Shown here piece after piece: positions 61,175-64,000 of a stretch of 64,000 bases of DNA. The stretch comes from an uncultured Flavobacteriaceae bacterium. Its GTDB lineage: Bacteria; Bacteroidota; Bacteroidia; Flavobacteriales; Flavobacteriaceae. Every line of letters starts with the position of its first letter. Position 1 is the first letter of the stretch. The stretch lies in contig CAVUAU010000007.1 in assembly GCA_963739625.1 (NCBI GenBank), positions 66,581 through 130,580 on the forward strand. Reading direction: 5' to 3'. Made by a program: the position numbers and the translations under genes. Under the pieces are notes generated by a model. It was not told the DNA's origin, did not search any database, and saw nothing but the letters and a program-made list of their open reading frames with translations.

Positions 61175-63017
61175 TTACTGCTGATTTAGTTCAAGAATTA
61201 GCGGACATTTTCCCGGCACTTCCAGCTCTTTTCCAAGACTGATTTTTTCTCCTGTCAGTACATTTAAAGCAGCATCAGCGCCGTTGAGACCTTCAGAGAA
61301 ACGGTCAAGAGCAAATTTTTGAGCTTCGGGATTGTTGTTCAAAACAACCATTATTCTGCTGTCTTCGTTGTACCTGAAGTAGACGTAAACATTATTCTCG
61401 GGCACGTACTGCAAGAGTTCTCCGGTTTGCAACACCTCGTGGTTCTTACGGTAATTCAGCAGAGATTTGGTGAAATCATGATATTCTTTTTGTTGTTGCG
61501 TACGCTCAGCCTCCAAAAATGCCGAATTGCTCATCGCCTTCCCAGCCGCCCGGAAAGTCTCTGCGAATGTCACCGTCGCCCACCGCTTTTTCGCCCCGCA
61601 TCCCAATCTCGTCGCCATAATATAACTGCGGGATGCCGCGGGTGGTGAGCACTAAAGCCATGGCCAATTTGTATTTTTCAGGATCTGCGTTATAGATCTC
61701 GTTGATACGGCCGGTGTCGTGGTTTCCGGCAAAAACGAGCAAATTATCTGTATCTGCGTATAAATAATCATTCACGAAATTCTCGTAAGCTTTTACCATT
61801 CCTCCGCCCCAGCCCTGCTCATCTTCATTGAACATTTGCGTGATCGCGTCGTGCAACGTGAAATCCATCACCGAAGGTAAGTTGGAGTTAAAGCTCTGGA
61901 TCGCCCCTATTGGGCTGTCTTTTTGCCAGTAAGAGATCTGTGACTGGTCATGCATCCAAACCTCTCCTACGATGTTGAAATGTGGATACTCGTCCATAAT
62001 GGCCTTGGTCCATTTTGCTATGCCTTCTTTTTCATTGTAGGAATAGGTGTCAACCCGGAATCCGTCGAGATCGGCATATTCTATCCACCAAATAGCATTT
62101 TGGATGAGGTAGTTCAACACCAGCGGATTTTCCTGGTTGAGATCGGGCATGGTAGAAGTAAACCAGCCGTCTTCATTGACTTTAGTGTCCACCTTAGACC
62201 TGTTTGGGTCCATTTGGGTGGTCATCCTGTAATTGGAATTCTTGTAGCCGGGGAACTGGTGCACCCAGTCATAAGTAGGCAGATCCTTGATCATCCAGTG
62301 TTCGCCGCCCCAGTGATTGGTGACATAGTCCATGATGAGCTTCATGTCCCGCTCATGGAGTTCTTGGGCAAGTCTTTTATAATCTTCATTGGTACCATAC
62401 CGGGGATCGATCCTGTACACATCGCTGTGCGCATACCCGTGATAGGAATAATTGGGGTCATCATCCTCCAAAAGCGGCGTGCTCCAAAGAGCGGTAGCCC
62501 CAAGATCTTCAATGTAATCCAGGTGATCAATTATCCCCTGAATATCACCGCCGTGCCTGCCGCCATTTTTAGAACGATCGGCTTTTTCCTGCACGTCGGG
62601 CTGAGAATCGTTTGCAGGATCGCCATTGGCAAACCTGTCCGGCATGATGAGATAAATGGCATCTGCGGAAGAAAAACCTTCCCTTTTAGCTGATCCTTTT
62701 TCCCGCTGCTTCAGCTGAAAATCCTTAACAAGGGCTTTTTTCCCCTTTTTTGAGAACTTCAGCTGGTAAGTATCTGCCGGAAGACCTTCAGTTTCCACGG
62801 TTACAAAGACATAATCAGGATTTTCGGTCTTTCTTACGTTCAGAATTGGCAATTCTTCCGAAGAAATCGTGTAATCACCTATATTCTTTCCGTAGAACAT
62901 AAGCTGAACTTCATGTAGGTTCATGTTGGCCCACCAAAATGGCGGCTCCATGCGTTCAATTTGTGCATGGGCCGCGATGCTGCCAATGAATAGAACAATA
63001 AAAAAGATTTTCTTCAT
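61175..63017 (-). CDS. GH13 neopullulanase/cyclomaltodextrinase (SusA-like), frameshift near 61530
   Basis: EPPFWW, MPDRFANGD, HGGDIQG, DGFRVDT, GEVW, NHD, YYGDEIGM. Confidence 0.9.
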
Positions 63018-63035
63018 AAAATAGCTTTTTTGAGG

Positions 63036-64000
63036 CTATACCGTCACCGGTACACTGGGCTCTACTTTTACTTTGTTGCCTTTGACCAGGATCTCAAGGG
63101 GTTCGCTGCCTTCAAGCGTAAAACTGGTTTTCCCGGGAGCCACGTTGATCTTAAGGATCTGGTCTCTGAAATTGACTTTGAACGAATAGCTGTCCCAGCC
63201 CGAAGGAATTTTAGGATTAAAAGACAGGCTGTCGTTTTCAAGCCTCATTCCGCCGAAACCTTCCACCACGCTCATCCAGGTACCCGCCATACTGGTGATA
63301 TGACAGCCTTCTTTCACCTCATTGTTATAATCGTCAAGATCAAGCCTTGAAGTCCTCAAATAAAACTGATAGGCCTGTTCCATCCTGCCCAAAGCGGCAG
63401 CCTGAATGCTGTGCACACAAGGAGAAAGCGAGGATTCATGCACCGTAAGCGGCTCATAGAAATCAAAGTGCTTTTCAAGTTCCTCTTTTGAAAAATGGTC
63501 TTCAAAAAAGTAGAAACCCTTGTAAGATATCGGCCTGTTTGATGTAACAGGAACGCAAAATGCGGTCCCAGCTCCAGTGTTGGTTGATGGGCCGCTGAGC
63601 TTTAGGAAGTTCAGAAACCGGAAGGATCTCCTTATCGAGAAAATTGTCCTGTTGCAGGAAAACCTTGTATTCTTCGGAATAGGGAAAGTACATCTTATCT
63701 GCCACTTCTTTCCATCTGGCGATCTCATCGTCGTTTAGGTTGACCTTCTTCATCACCCGCTCGTAATCTGAAGTGAAATTAGATTTCACCTTTTCAAGGT
63801 TCTTGATACAATATTCGATACACCATTTCGCGATGTAGTTGGTGTACCAGTTATTATTGACGTTGTTCTCGTATTCATTGGGACCTGTCACCCCAAGAAT
63901 CACAAATTTATCTTTTTGGGCGCTGTAGTTTGCGCGCTGCTGCCAAAAACGAGCAATTGCGATCATTACCTCCAGGCCTTTTTCGGGAATGTAACTAAAA
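63036..64000 (-). CDS. GH65 maltose phosphorylase, 3' part, frameshift near 63520
   Basis: GVTGPNEYE, IKQAD, TVHESSLSP, GCHITSMAG. Confidence 0.88.

Overview
Bacteroidota (Flavobacteriaceae, probably Salinimicrobium/Gramella-like; inferred from gene content and TAnnTTTG promoters) chromosomal window. It is mostly housekeeping: lipid A acyltransferase, glmM, uvrA, fused 2-oxoacid dehydrogenase E1, menFDB plus thioesterase, dnaK, L-serine dehydratase, panB, pxpABC, gap, pfkA and a maltodextrin GH13/GH31/GH65 cluster. About a dozen conserved genes carry single-base frameshifts, most likely long-read indel errors. The most interesting feature is a family of four surface lipoproteins: three in tandem at 4849-9789 beside a REC-PAS-LuxR regulator and an astacin lipoprotein, and a fourth at 29579-31546. 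They share an unannotated ~300-aa Cys-patterned N-terminal region ending in H-x-R-(F/V)-G-C, and each carries a different C-terminal module. The tandem genes also share an identical 13-nt leader motif, are separated by hairpins and show mosaicism. The window also has several families of small palindromic (REP/RPE-like) and heptamer repeats, which nest in each other, bracket a toxin-antitoxin pair and occur inside the menF coding sequence. No rRNA, tRNA, CRISPR array, transposase, integrase or reverse transcriptase was recognised.
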